From contig OZ260663.1 in assembly GCA_965285935.1 (NCBI GenBank), forward strand, positions 41,602,001 to 41,666,000: DNA of 64,000 bases, written 5' to 3'. The notes beneath the pieces are model-generated. The model did no database searches and was not told the DNA's origin. It was given only the letters and a program-made list of their open reading frames with translations. Position 1 is the first letter of the stretch, and each line of letters opens with the position of its first letter. Shown here in pieces: positions 12,601 through 26,200 of this stretch. Origin of the DNA: Ophelia neglecta. Taxonomy: Eukaryota. The position numbers and the translations under genes were made by a program.

Positions 12601-13626
12601 AAGATTGGGCCGATTGTTCCTGCGTAGTGCGGGTTTGCGCTAAATCCCCCAAAGTTGTCGTTGAACGCCTAGTAACATTCATTGTTGGTTATGGTTGGGC
12701 CCTGCACCGTACTGCTCTGGTTATTAATAATAAGATATTATTTACTTAAACTACCGCCTACTGTTAACCATTGTTCTTTTCTACCACTGGTCGGTTCGTC
12801 TGATTTAGCCTGTGAATGTCAACCAAATCTGTTGAATATCCGATTCTTCTGAGTATGCGATCTGTCATGTCCACATTTGTATGTCTAGGGATGTAGGTTT
12901 ACAAACGTTGACGGAAAGTCTATATGTGCAACATGCCTCCAGACCCCCAAATATGAAGGGGGAAGTTCTTTATAACCGATTGCCGTCTCACACATTCAAA
13001 TTATAGCGACTTGGCACCCTAGTTGCAATTTCCCAAGCTGCGACACGCTTGTCAAATGACGTTACCTGGTTACAAGTTCACTACACCAAATGCAAACTTA
13101 TATTTATATACAGGCGAGCCAATGCCTATTACTTAGGTCTATTGAACCTCAAATCTGACGAGAACTTTGAGTGCTTTTTAAACCCACGAATGCAGTCAAT
13201 TGTACTAACCTTGTGTGCTGACATGTAATCAACATTGTCGCCTGGTATTTAGTTTGTGAGAAGATAAATAAAAAATTGTCCAGAGTTTGGCACAATGGTA
13301 CACAAATATAAGACAAAAAATAAAATTAATGCATGAATAAACTCACCTAAAGATTCTGTTCGGACTTCTGCAATGGTCTAGCAATTTACGAGACAAACTT
13401 CGGCACTGGGCTAAACGGATGTGTGGTACGGGCTCAAGGCTCATGGACAGAGTGCCCGCCTAGCTAGCCAGCAAAAACACCGCATAGCTTACGTGAAACA
13501 TTCCAGTCTGAGTGTAATCAGATTTTTTTCGACCCCCTTCCCCCTAATCATATTTCAATAGGTCATTTTATGCAGTTGTTAATCGTAGTCCCCAAATTAG
13601 TCTGGAAATAATATCAGCAGATTAAA

Positions 13627-15251
13627 CAGTTTAACAGAGATGGTTCTTATATTACAGAACATGACCTGCTTGGTAAGTTAAATGTGAAATCCAACTGGAT
13701 ATCTGAGTATTATTGTGTTAAAAAGTGCATTTTTAAAAAAGAGCAGACTTTTCGACAAATCTCTTTGTAATTTTATCAATGTTAAAAATATACAATATTT
13801 CACCGCATTTAGTAAGACATATAGTATATTAGATGTTACCACAAAGGAATTATACTCTTTATACAACAGAAAGAAATTTAGACGCTCTATTATGGAACCC
13901 ATATGGGAAAAAGAATTTAATATACCAAGGAGCACAAAGATATGGTCTCAAATATATAGTAGAATAATCATTGATATGCCCATTAAGAAGACTGTACAAT
14001 TTAATTTTAAACTGTTACATAACTTGATTGCTACTGGAAACAGACTCTGTAAATGGAATAAGGATGTTAGTAACTGGGGGAGTAACTGTGAGGTTTGTGG
14101 GTGTTTAGACAGTGAGAGTCACTTCCTATTGAAGTGCCCACAATTTGATTATATTCGCCACCGATACATTGACCCATATAGATGGACCTGTTGATCTCAC
14201 ATTGCGTGAATCCTCTGTTCAACTGACAGTAAAGTACTGAACAATCTAGCTCTCTTTCTAAAGAAAGCGACGCCAATCAAAAGAGAGACCTACAAATGTA
14301 TACAAACTATGCTCAATGATAACGCTATGAATATAGCAAAGTCTTTCATACCTAATTTCTAAAATGTATATATATATATATATTTATGATTATATATAAC
14401 TATTTCCAGCAAAAGTGAAATGGACTTCCAACAAAGTGCAAATACTGTGTGCGTTCCCCCATAGCTGCTCTCTCACCAAGGAATGTTTTGTATGAGAGTC
14501 ATACCGTGTTGTTCAAACTAATTTAAATAATCTTATTTATGTTACTCATTATGAATGGATACTTTTATTTTTTATTTTGTAAACTATAAATTTAACGTTG
14601 TAAAGTTTAAACATGTGTTGAACTCATAATCTATTATATTGTAATCATAGGAGGTATATTGTGTCAGGTCAATGTCACTATCTGTATTTAAAAGTAATTT
14701 GTTTCTCTTGTTATTTTGAAGTGAAAATATTGGTGAAGACTTGTATACCAGTTGTACCAATAAAGTATTTCGTATTCTTGTGTATCTTGTGGTGTAGCTG
14801 AGACTCCAAAACAGTTATTATATGAATGTCCTCTTCTTGGTAAGATTTGGAAGTAATTAGCTATTGTTTAGAAATCAATATTCCTTGGAAAAATATTGTT
14901 GTTGGTACTCCTTACTATTGTAATTGCAATAATAACAGTAATTTTAACATGTATAATGTAGCAATATCTATCACTGTCTATGGAATATACTCATACTGGG
15001 TGAAATGCAGAATTAATAACAATGTTTACTGCAAACGGGGTCTAATTAATTATATATTTAATTCCTTGAATACTTACAGTAAAATATTGCTGTAGACTAT
15101 TAAATTTAAGCATATTGGGAATTTCCTCAAAACCTCTTCATCAAGAGCATGATCAAATGTAAAAATTATAATTATATATTATTTTATATGTTTACTATCT
15201 ATATATGTAAAATACCTGTTTGATTGAATCCATCAATAATAAAAAAAAAAA
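13627..15251 (+). mobile_element. 5'-truncated Tx1/L1-type LINE with poly(A) tail and 14-bp TSD, interrupted by a nested LINE
   Basis: zf-RVT-like text WEKEF...FNFKLLHNLIATGNRLCKW resumes after the insert as GVAETPKQLLYECP..KIW (about 14791 onward). Poly(A) at about 15241-15251. Direct repeat ATCAGCAGATTAAA at 13613-13626 and 15252-15265. Confidence 0.85.
14075..14790 (+). mobile_element. Nested 3' fragment of an RTEX-like LINE related to the 49-56 kb element
   Basis: Encodes ESHFLLKCPQF..IRHRYI and NNLALFLKKATPIKRETYKCIQTMLNDNAMNIAKSFI, which aligns with NGLAMYLKKAGKIKKETYKCYQTMHVENAHNIATAFI at about 55240-55350. Ends in AATAAA plus short GTAT..TT repeats at about 14759-14790. Confidence 0.8.
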
Positions 15252-15439
15252 ATCAGCAGATTAAAAAACAATATTATACAATACACCAGGGCCAAGTAAC
15301 CTGGTTTCTGTGAGCAGGTAGCCTGTTTACAAAGGTTTTTTTCTGTATAGTGCACATTCGGTATTTTACCGTCTGACTATCTGTGGTCTGAATTCCGAGG
15401 TGCTCTGATTAGAGAGGTATCCTGAAATGGTTTTCATAC

Positions 15440-16219
15440 GTTTAACGTTTCGAGTCTTTTTTTTAAATATTTCGAAAAATTAGAAAAGTTTTTAACTTGT
15501 TTTTCAAAACAAGTTTTGCCTACACGTTTGTGATTATCGTTTTTATTTTTTATTAAAACGTACAAAAATGTGTTATAAAAGGTTGTATTCACGTTTGCCT
15601 TGTGGTAACATTATTTTCACGTATTAAAAATGAAACTAAAACGTTATTCAAACCTTTTTATTCTAAACGTTTATTTTTAGTACTTATTTAGATGATTTAA
15701 AATATATTTAAAACATATTGTTCACGTTTTGTCTAATAATACATGTTTTCAACTATCAAAACGGCTGTGACCGATAAAGGGGGGAATGTGCAGTTCCGTC
15801 TCTCGTCATCCCACAGTTCAATCATTTGATCAACATTTTAAGTTCGAAAAAGTTGATTTCTGTTTCATTTTCATTTGTCAACCATTTTTTACCAATTGAT
15901 GTGAAAAATTGGTTCATCGCACCATTTACACGCCGTGACGGAAAAAGATAAGCGAGTTAATACCTGGAAGACAAAACAAAATCGTTATTCAAGAAATATC
16001 CATTAAATCTGTCTAATTCGCCCTGAACCAGGAGCCAGAACCCAACAAAAGTCTATCCCCAGCAACGAAAGAGTTAATAACATTAGAACGGAAATAATCA
16101 TAAAACTTAAATTGTTAATATCACAAGAAATGAGAAGTAGTGAATAGCTTACCATGATGCGAGTTTTGCAACAAGTCAAACGAGTGAAAAATCCATATAA
16201 ACACATGTTTATTGCTGGG
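15440..16219. mobile_element. Probable non-autonomous CCCAG-terminus (EnSpm/CACTA-like) element remnant
   Basis: Many AAACGTT/AACGT subterminal-type repeats, ending ...gtttattgctggg|ta. Similar remnants at about 1668-1737, 6820-6960 and 21300-21600. Confidence 0.4.
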
Positions 16220-16989
16220 TATAAAAAAAAAGCACTACCTAAGATCCTTAAGCAATGCTTAGGAGAATTCAGCCGGCTATTTAAGACTATACGGAAAGGT
16301 ATAGCATGTTTCTTCGTAACAAATTGCTAACCTATGGTATTCTTAAAAACAGTGAAGGCCTGAAGATCTTGAAGATGTAGGTATAACTGAATACCGGTCC
16401 GTTTTTAGCGGGGACTTCTCTTTCCTATATATCACACTTCCGCCTGCTGATTAAAGTGGTGCTTAAAGTCCTCTTTAAAAACAAATTTCGTAATAGCAGG
16501 TTACCATTTTATTAATTAAAGCAATAGAAGAGGTTACCGCATATGGAGGGAACCACCCTTAGTGGCGCTACTTTACTTCAATATCCACAACAATATGCCC
16601 AGGTAGGGGGTGACGTGTCTCGCCAAACTATTGACATTCCAATGGTTTATTGAAGGGCGGAAATTAAGTTGCGTATAGCCATGTCATTTATGTCCGCATT
16701 TAAGTATATTGACTTTTATTTTCGTTTGATTATAAATACTTCAGATAATGTGTTAGTGACATTTTTTCACCTCCTTTAGAACTTATAATTGTTTATTACC
16801 TACACAATAAATACTACCTTGTCGTTAAGTGCTATATTGCTTTCAGCGTAAGACTAGGGGTCATATGGCTCCTCGATCATACTTATAACATCGTATAACT
16901 TTTCCATATAATAAGATTTTTTATTTGAATATTGGCACTATGTTATTGTAAATCTGAGTTTATAGGGGGAGATGGGGGGGGGGGGGTTA

Positions 16990-17160
16990 GGGCTTTAAGT
17001 GGCTTTCAAAATTTATATGGTCATAGTGTCACGGTGTCTGCTTGTAACAGTGGGCTCACCTTTTATAGAGCTGCCTCACTGGAGTACCTGTACGGGAGAG
17101 GGAACGCAACCAAGTCACAATATACTGCCACCGGGTTAATCACCCGAAATACCAGCCATG
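16990..17160 (-). mobile_element. Probable SINE fragment (MetaSINE-like core)
   Basis: Contains ggtcatag..acggtgtctgcttg...tatagagctgcctcactggagtac...agtcacaatatactgccaccggg, a motif string typical of lophotrochozoan tRNA-SINE cores (recognised from memory). Confidence 0.45.
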
Positions 17161-17299
17161 ACCAAAACTTTCAGGGCGGTTCCAAGGATACACACCAACT
17201 ACTACGTACAACCAAGACAAATGTACAATTAATCACAAACGAAAACTGGGCACTTACTTGGGAATAAAAGCCAAGAATAACCACGAACCGCCTACGTAT

Positions 17300-18600
17300 T
17301 CTCTTCATCCCGCTATGACTACCATGAGAAGCTGTTAGTATCAGTATTGCAAATAGAATTATACCTTCTTAAACTAGCTGATTAATGAAAATTAAGACAG
17401 GTTTTTAAAGGGTGTTATACTCAAAAAACGCCCGTTTATTATATTATTTATTACAATGAATACACTGAGACAAAAATATTCCCTGGTACACTATTCTTTA
17501 TTGATTTTGAGAAGGTTCTGTATTCTGTGTCATGGAAGTTTGTTGATAAAGGGTTAGATCTAAATAAGTTTTGGGCGTAGCATAAAAAACTTGGTTCAAT
17601 ATTTCATACACAATAATCACGTGTACAGTTAGGCCTAACTAAGGTGGCAGCTTTTTTTCTAAATTGAAGGGCTACAGACAAGGTGACCCTCTATCCACTT
17701 GATCTTCATTTTATGTGCCGAATAATTGCCACTTATGATAAGAAGAAACCAAATTAAAGGAATAGGTAAAGACAATATTGATTTGAATTGTTACAGTTTA
17801 ATGACAAAGCATCTGTTGAACACGATGGTTCATAGCAGTCCCTTGAAGAAACTATGAACTATTTGAACACATTTGCCCATTCCTCAGGTTAAAAATCGTT
17901 GGCAATATATAGGTAGTGTGAATTGGGGCTAAGGCATATAGCAAAAATGAATTATGCGATAGTTGGAATCTTCAATGGGAGAAGTCATCGTTTTTAGTTT
18001 TAGGTCTGGAATTTCTGGGAACTTATAGGAGATAGTAGAAATTAAGTTATTAAGGAGGACACCTAATGGAAAGATTACTGTATACAGGTTCACAGTATTT
18101 TAGACCAAATACCGAAAAATGTAAACAAGTTTTTGGCGTAAGAACTGTTTTGCCCACGACGTTTGGGAGAAAGCTTTTACACTACTATAATTTCAACCAT
18201 TATGCACCCTTCATTACAGTGAATTAATATTATATACTGATTACAGACAAATCACTTTATACAAAAAATAACAAAGAAAGGCGTCTTTGCTCTTTTTGTA
18301 ATCCACAAATTGTGCATTTTGTTACTTAATTCCTATTTGTGATAAATAATTCCTTCTTTTATTAATCCTTTATTTCTCACGAATCTGAAAGAAAGTTACA
18401 ACATCATAATAAACACAACGAAGTATGTTAGACTTTTTGGTAGTATTTTAAAGGTGATTGTAGAATAATTATTTCGACCCATTCACAGCAAATATATGTT
18501 TTAAAAAGCCCATACACATGCACATGCACAAAATGGCAATGAGAATCCCATTTTTGTATTTTCTATATAAATATATATTGAGTTGGAGAACTTAGAAATA
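17300..18600 (+). mobile_element. Heavily decayed Tx1/L1 LINE (RT and 3' zinc-finger remnants)
   Basis: PGTLFFIDFEK..SVSWKF (about 17480-17541), GYRQGDPLS (about 17669-17695), LCAE (about 17711-17722) and LCSFC (about 18287-18300). Confidence 0.7.
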
Positions 18601-19131
18601 ATTGAAAATGCGTCTACAGATAGCTCGACAGGAAGAGGATCTAACATATTTCTGTCTCAAAATTCATTAAAAATGTATTCCCAAGTCGATTCGAGCCGAA
18701 AATAATCAGCTGACGACCTGTGCGTCTTTTTTTAACATGGCCAAATCGTAACTGAAATATATAGCGACTTACGGTTTCGGCCAAAATAATGACCTTGGAA
18801 TGTTGTACGTTTTGGACACTGTGCGTCAGCCTGTAGTGAAGCAATTTTTTGTGCTATATCATTATAAATGTCCAGATTTTACTATTTTTGGAGGAAGAAT
18901 TCTGAATTTATGACAAACATTGTCCTGTACATCTGGTGTCCTGGTGCCTCGTTTCAGAATTTTCGTCTGCAGATTATATCTTATGCGTTCCTCATAAGAC
19001 TGTGTTGCACTAAAGACACTTCATGAATTTGTATCACTTTTAATCACTTTAATGTTTGTATTGCTCTATATAATTATTTTCATACCCGTGTCCAAACATA
19101 TGTAAAACTTTCCGTATGAAGTCGAAATTAG

Positions 19132-19660
19132 ATTATTATTATTATTTACATTTATATAGCGCTTTACAATTAAAATGAAATAGCAGTAATATATATAGTT
19201 GTTGTGTAATAAAAGCGATACATTATTAGTGACGACACAAAGACTAGCAAAGTAGTGGAATTCAAAAACAAATTTAAGACTGACTAGATAGATGCGCTAA
19301 GATTCATATGCAAGTCTAAAATAAAAAGGTTTTTAAGCTTGATTTAAAAGTATAAATATCGTCACATTTTCTGACACCAAGAGGAAGAGCATTCCATAAT
19401 ACTGGAGCTGCAAGAGTAAACCTTCTCCAACCAATTGTTTTTGTTTTTGGCACAATTACTGACAGTATATTTTGAGAATCTGACCTCAGGTTTCTGGCAT
19501 TCTTGTATGGCACAATAAGCTGAGAGATACATGTATATCCTGGCGCATTGCCTTGTTATGATCTAAAAACCATTAAACATACTTTAAACTTAATTCTGAA
19601 CTTGACTGGGAGCCAATGTTTTTCCTTTAACACAGGAATCATATGCTCATGGTACTTAAT
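19132..19660 (-). mobile_element. L2 LINE 3' end
   Basis: HMIPVLKEKHWLPVKFRIKFK, NLRS, RRFTLAAPVLWNALP and FKSSLKTFLF motifs, followed by an aagcgctatataaatg(taa)n tail typical of L2. Confidence 0.85.
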
Positions 19661-22600
19661 AAATAAAATATCTCTAATACTCATCAAACACCTCAAGGAA
19701 GCTTCAACTCGAAGGGCCGAATGTATATAAAAAGTTACTCCACCATCGTGTGCTCTGTTACATATGTGCATAAATATAGTGAGCAGCTTGCCACTTAACT
19801 CTAAATTCATTTTGTATATAGACCTACCGATTAAGGATTCTACATTATTTCAGTACTAATCCAAAAACGGGCCATCAGTGCAGCCTTCAGGGCTCGATTT
19901 GGGTCAAATATAGTGTCATCATATGTTGTGTATTTTGCCATAATAGTGAATCCTGTAATTTGAGGCCACTCAAGGGACTGCAAAATACTGATCTGAATAT
20001 GACGGTGATCTGTTTAGACAGGTTATTTTACATTTAAAGTATGAAGTATGGTCTTCAGAGGCGTTGCCTGAATTGACAGAGTGAACGGTATTACATTTTA
20101 AAAGCCTTAATAAAAATAGCAGTACGTAGAGACTATGGATTGAAATATTCAACTAAAACTACAGCCTACAAAAAGCTATCATACGATTTACGCTAGTAAA
20201 ACCGTGCGTTACAATACAGAACTTCTGTTCCTATCCTTATTGCAGACCTGATTCTGACTTATTATATAAGTAATTAGTCTCTTGAGGCCATTTATCCTCT
20301 ATTTTCACATATTATCGATTTTTTGAACTGTAGCCTTTCCTTGACTTTAACATTTGGTCGGCATTCTGCCAATAGATAAGGAATTGAAAATTAACTTTAT
20401 AACCATATGCCATTTTTCAGTCTTATATGGTTGCACGTATGCCTTTAGGGAATTTTTAACTTACAAATTGCAGATTATTTCGAATGGGGTTTTCAGACGC
20501 CAGATTCTACTTGATATTTTAGCCTTTTTTTTTTAAATAAAATCATTTTCTTGATACCATACGTTTAGATAAGTTATCGCATTTAATGAAAGTTTCCATG
20601 AAAAGTGACAAAATATTCAGAATATCTGTAAGTATCATGAAAACACGAATCCAAATGCATAATTCAAACACACAAAAGGCCTGTATTTTTTTTTTTTAGA
20701 GAGTTAGGTCTTCTTGTAAAAGCAAAAGTATTGATCGAAGCATAACTACGGTGTTTATAGTACCACCAAATGAAGTAATACAACGACCATTATATAAGCG
20801 CCTATATCACATTTTGCATTATGCAATTTAGCATTTATCTATATAAATTATTTATGACACTGTTATGACCCACCCAGTTGCTATCTTAGGTAGATCATTA
20901 GTTGCTAACTGTAAGTTTGGCAAGTAATTTCTTTTATGAGTTGAATGGTAATTTTACTGAAGTAATTGCACTTATTAATTTAGCCTAATAACATATATAA
21001 AGTGCTGTTAGGGTAGAAGAGATCCATCAATAGAAATTGTATTTTGATCGTAGAGTATTCTAGAGACATGTCTATGATATCTGTATTAGTATGGAAAGGC
21101 GTCTCTGTAGGGAGCTTATTTAGGCATATAATGCACATTCATAATAATATTATAAAGACAACAACAGGGTGATACAAATAGAACTCAAACTTTATGGAAA
21201 GAACGAAAAAAGGGAAGACGTACTTTTGTTGGTTCTTGGACACATAATAATGTGTTTGGAATCAATCAGAACAAAGGCTTTTTCGCATTTAAGCTGCTTA
21301 CCCAAACTTTTTAATCTAGTTTTCTAAATGTATTTTGTTGTGTTAATGCTTCCTGTAAAATTTTCAGTTAACGTTTAAAACGTATTTCAACTGTGTTTTA
21401 ACCAAATTGTAAAACGTTTCGTATAACGTAATTTTGTTGGTTCCTCCAAACAATTTATAACGCTACTGAAACACTGAAATGAACTTTTTAAACATAATTA
21501 TGTATAAAGTTTAATTCCAAACTTATGTTTGTTCGTAAGATTTCAATCTAGAATTTTTCAAACGTTTTAAACAAACATTGACAATTAAACATACTTACAC
21601 ATACAAAAACACTTCGCAAAGAACATAAATGTTTATTGACAAACTATCAATCCGCCTTACGCAACAATTGAAGCAAAAACAATCAGAGGAGATAACCTTG
21701 TTATTGCCAATATCTTTCAGTCATGTAAACAAACCGAAAAATAAAGTAGATACTTTACTTATTGACGTCCGCTGCATTGTAGGTTGTAAAATCTGACTGT
21801 CTTGGAATCAGTTCAAGGAAAGTTAAAAAGAAGTCATATAAGCACTCCCAGGCCCGTTTAGCAGCCAATAACATGCCTCCAGTGGTGTCATTGGGTTAAA
21901 ATCGAAACGAACGAAGCGGTGAAACGGTCCTTTTTATGCACCCAAAGAAACAAAACAGGGCTTATAGCTACTCTTAATATCGAAACAAATACTCTGTTTT
22001 AAAGTTAAATACGAAATATCCCAATGCGAAATATCAAAATGCGACATATTCAGTTGTTAAAAATCGAAATGAGAAATTTAAAGTCTGTTATTTTTTTGCT
22101 AAACTTGAGCCACATACGAAAGGTCCCGGAAAACTAACTACATGATACATGATAATATGGCTTTAGTTGTTTGTGTCGCGCTCAGTGATTGGCATAAGGC
22201 GCTCTGTCTGCCCATGAGAGCATGTGACTCGTTATGGCATTTTATGAACTTGGGTTGTTGTCGAACGAGACGGATCCTCCCGATAATGATGATAGTGAGC
22301 GAAAAGGAAACGCAACGCCGCACGCGCGTAAAGACAGTTCCCTCTGTAGTAAGTGGCCAAATCAAATATAGGCTACCATAAGAGGTCAACACAGAAGAAG
22401 AGGAAGAAAACCAGCTGTGTTAACCGCCAGGCTATGACGCTAGGAAGGCACGTTCGTTTGCATTGGAGCTTCCTGGAATGATCTTGAGAGATTTTTAAGG
22501 TGGTTTTCTAGTTTAAGCCCGTATTGTTGAATTATAAGTATCACATTAATAATGTTTAAATCTTCCCCTTCCAGTTTCATGTCGTTTGTACTAAATTGGT

Positions 22601-23263
22601 GGCCTTGTGGAATCGGTCCGGGCCTTAAACGCTGATGTAAAAATGACAGCTGTTTTACCAGTCGTTGACAACATCATGACCGGTAAAAAGATGGTTTCTA
22701 ATGACCTATGTGCCTAGAAAACCAAGTTCATGCATTCTGTGGGTCATGACAAGGCATGTATGAACAATTTGTATCTGTTTTGAAGCGGTCGCTATGCATT
22801 TAAGACCAGTGTTTCATCCTACAGTATATATGATAAGTTTATAGGCCTGCATATATCCGAACTGCCCCGAACTGGCATAGAGCTTGTAACTAGTCCATTT
22901 AAAGCGTAAATGTGTACAAAAAAATGTGTGTTAATAATATTCACTTCATGTATAAAGGGAAAACTAGCATCATTGATACAAATACATAGGCCTAGGTCTA
23001 AAGAAAAGCATATTGGAAAAAAAGACGAAAGCAAGAATGCGCTGATAAATAACATTTATTTGTGATATAAAAGAAAATGTCCTTATTCATTAAGCATACA
23101 ACCGTTTATCAGTGCCTAAACAATTTCCTGTGGGGCAGTTGACCTCCAGACTTTTAAGTACCGGTAAAGGCCTGTTTGTATCACAAACCGAGGAACTCCC
23201 GTTCATGAAAATTGTCGTACGGTCGTTAGTCCGTCGAGATAGATGTACATCCTTCCGCGGTAG

Positions 23264-26200
23264 TTAAGCGGCAGTTTGACTTATACCGGAAGATGCAGTG
23301 TTACTTGTGCTGATCCCTGTTGCTGTCTTCTTTTCTTCCAATTGTCCGCATCCGAACATTTTCCGAAACCCGACACGAAATTGGCTGTAAAACCAGCAAA
23401 TTATGAATACTATAATAGGTCTACATCATATACATGTACGATACAGTATACAGATACAATATGTTGTAGACAACTGTATATACACCCCCAGTGTATCATG
23501 CAGCCCCGGACAACAATGATGTTAAAAATGGGCCGGTAGGCAAAGCAAACAATATTGTCAAATATTACAAATTTTATGACTAGGCATTTTCAATCTTCGG
23601 AAGTTACTTCCTATAAAAAATTATTCAAAACATACTTGCAAGCGCAGTTATCACCAGTTTTGGATAGATATATGTATGTCGTTATAATGCCTGTTACAAC
23701 ATTGCAACGCTCTTCTCAGATTTTGTCTACTTAAATCACATATCTCCTGTTAAACATGGCTTTTGAGCTTTGGATGGACTGACCACGAATTAAAATGCAA
23801 CAATTCAGCTGTTTAACACACGTCTTCACATAAACCATTATTTGTATAATTGGTTTATCATTAATTTTTGTTGAATCATTTCATTTTAGACTAGATTTAT
23901 AGCACTTTTTTTAATACATTGGGCCTATGGTAAATATATACACATACCTATTGCTTTTATTTCCAATTTTATATTCATTTTATAAAACATGTGTACCATG
24001 TCATGAATCAGAAAATGGTTCTTTTAAATAAAATCATTTGTCCATTTTTTAGAATATTAAAAGGCTCCGATCATATCCGTTGTTCACTGTTGTGTAACGG
24101 TCAATGCGGCATTCTGTGCGGGAAGGTATCGCAGTACCGTGCGTTTTTTAAATGATTCGGAATGCACGGAAAAATGGTAATTTTCTTTTTTTTTTACATT
24201 TCATAAATAGTCGATATCTTGGAAAAACATCTAAATATTGCATGAATATCTTCCGACATTAATTTTTACATTGGCACTAAATACTAAACTTCATATATGA
24301 ATACAAGATTTCCCGCATTCCCGTGATTATGGTAGACTATTAAGGGTGCATAAACATAAATAGCTCACGTATTTATGGACATAGATAATTAAATAGCAGC
24401 TAATGGTGCCGATACATCTATACAATGAACAAGGATAGTTTTATTAGCCTTTTATATGATGGCAAAGAGCAACTCAAATGTACACATTGGCGCAGTAGGT
24501 TGTAATAGTAGATACCCTGATATTGTTGAGTTCTATTGACCAGATTAAAATTTGGTTTGAGGAATGCGAAGAAGACTGGCTTGTCTCATTGGGTAACTAT
24601 GAACACATAAAATCAGATTTAACAAAGGTTTGACAGAGACAGACCGTAAACCATGGTGGCATTCATACATAAAAACTGAAATACTAGAATTGTATAAATA
24701 ATGAAATTAAAGTATGCCAAGCCTGTTGAACAATGGCAAAGAATTATCAAGCCACCTAGCACCAGCTATTAATCTTACTGCTCTTTTTTCGTAGGGTAAT
24801 TAACGGAGTCAAATCACAACAAGAATCCTGCCCCACACTTCAATTAACCCAATAGTTAAGGTAAGGCTAAAAGAGTGAATAGTACAATGCTGCAAGGGTT
24901 TCCATATTAAAATATTTTCTAGATTTATTCAAAAGTGTCAACCCCTAGCCAATTTCCCCTCAATGTATAGCAGATGATCACTTCAAGCCAAGCCAAAGTC
25001 AATGATCACAAAAAGAAACTTGGTAGAACCAAGCAACTCAATGGTATGCCCCTAATTACAAGGTCATATGACAAATTTATCCTGCGGCATGATTTAAATA
25101 TCATACAGTGGCTTTGTTGAAGTTTAAATTCAATTTATTCGATTCACGCTAAAGGGTAATTTTTTCAATATCAATATTTATAATGTCAACAAGATTATCA
25201 GGGTTCTTGCCAGAGACAAATACATTGGAATCATCCGCGAAAAGAATATAATGCTTTCTCCAAGTCATTAATGCATAAGAAAAAAAGAAGTGGACCAATT
25301 TTTGATCATCAATTTGTTATAAATATATAATCCGCGTTGCCACGGGTTTTTGCAGCTTGTATCTCTTTGTTATGTAGTCAATCGATCTATCAGCAACAAT
25401 GTAATAAAACAGGGTTAGCAATAATACTCCAGTTGTTCCACATTTCCCTTATGGTGAACCTGTTGTACATTCGTTTGAGTATTAGGCCCTGTAGGTGAGT
25501 AAAATTTGCCGAGAACCCCGAAAAGGTAAAATAATAACCGAATTTTTGTTCCAAGTCCTTTCGTTGATACCAATTATCCAATAAATAAATTTCCCCCAAA
25601 TTCCCTCTTGGGGAAATAAATTTAATCCGCTGTAATCCAAAATAGCCGCCTTTAAGCCCTTGATTAACAAGGATTAGGATATGTCGGCCTTAATAGAAGT
25701 TGTTTTCATAATAATTTTATTCATAAATGATGTGTTTAGAGTTAGACATGAAAACACAACAATATTCAAATAAGTTTGCTTTCTGCTAATTTGCATAAAT
25801 CCAAAATGGCGGCCATTAAGACCAAAATTAATACTAATCCAGTTGGCTTTACTGAATATATTATCTATATGATGTGATCCAAAAATATATTTGGGGATCA
25901 GAGAGGAGGCAAGTGCATTTTATACAATTTATTGGTTGTTTGTTTCACATTCTTAAAAATTAATCAAACAACAAAGGGTTACATCGCATTATGAGTAAAT
26001 ATCAATTCTTTTGAAAAATATAATGTTTTCTTGTATCATTTAGAGGCTAGGTGGCGGTACCGCAAGGGTTGTGGGTACGAGTCCCAGCCAAATCAACAAC
26101 CACCTTTGAATACACAATTGAAATGGATTTAGATTTCAGCTTTAAGAGAGCAATAGTTAAACCCCCGTTAAAGAAGAATGGATTATACAAGGAGTTACTA

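Noticed and set aside
12850-13450. Possible decayed PHD finger and splice-like sites upstream of the Proto2-like APE domain
   Set aside because: Too degenerate to translate consistently, and no ORF1/ORF2 junction signal could be read.
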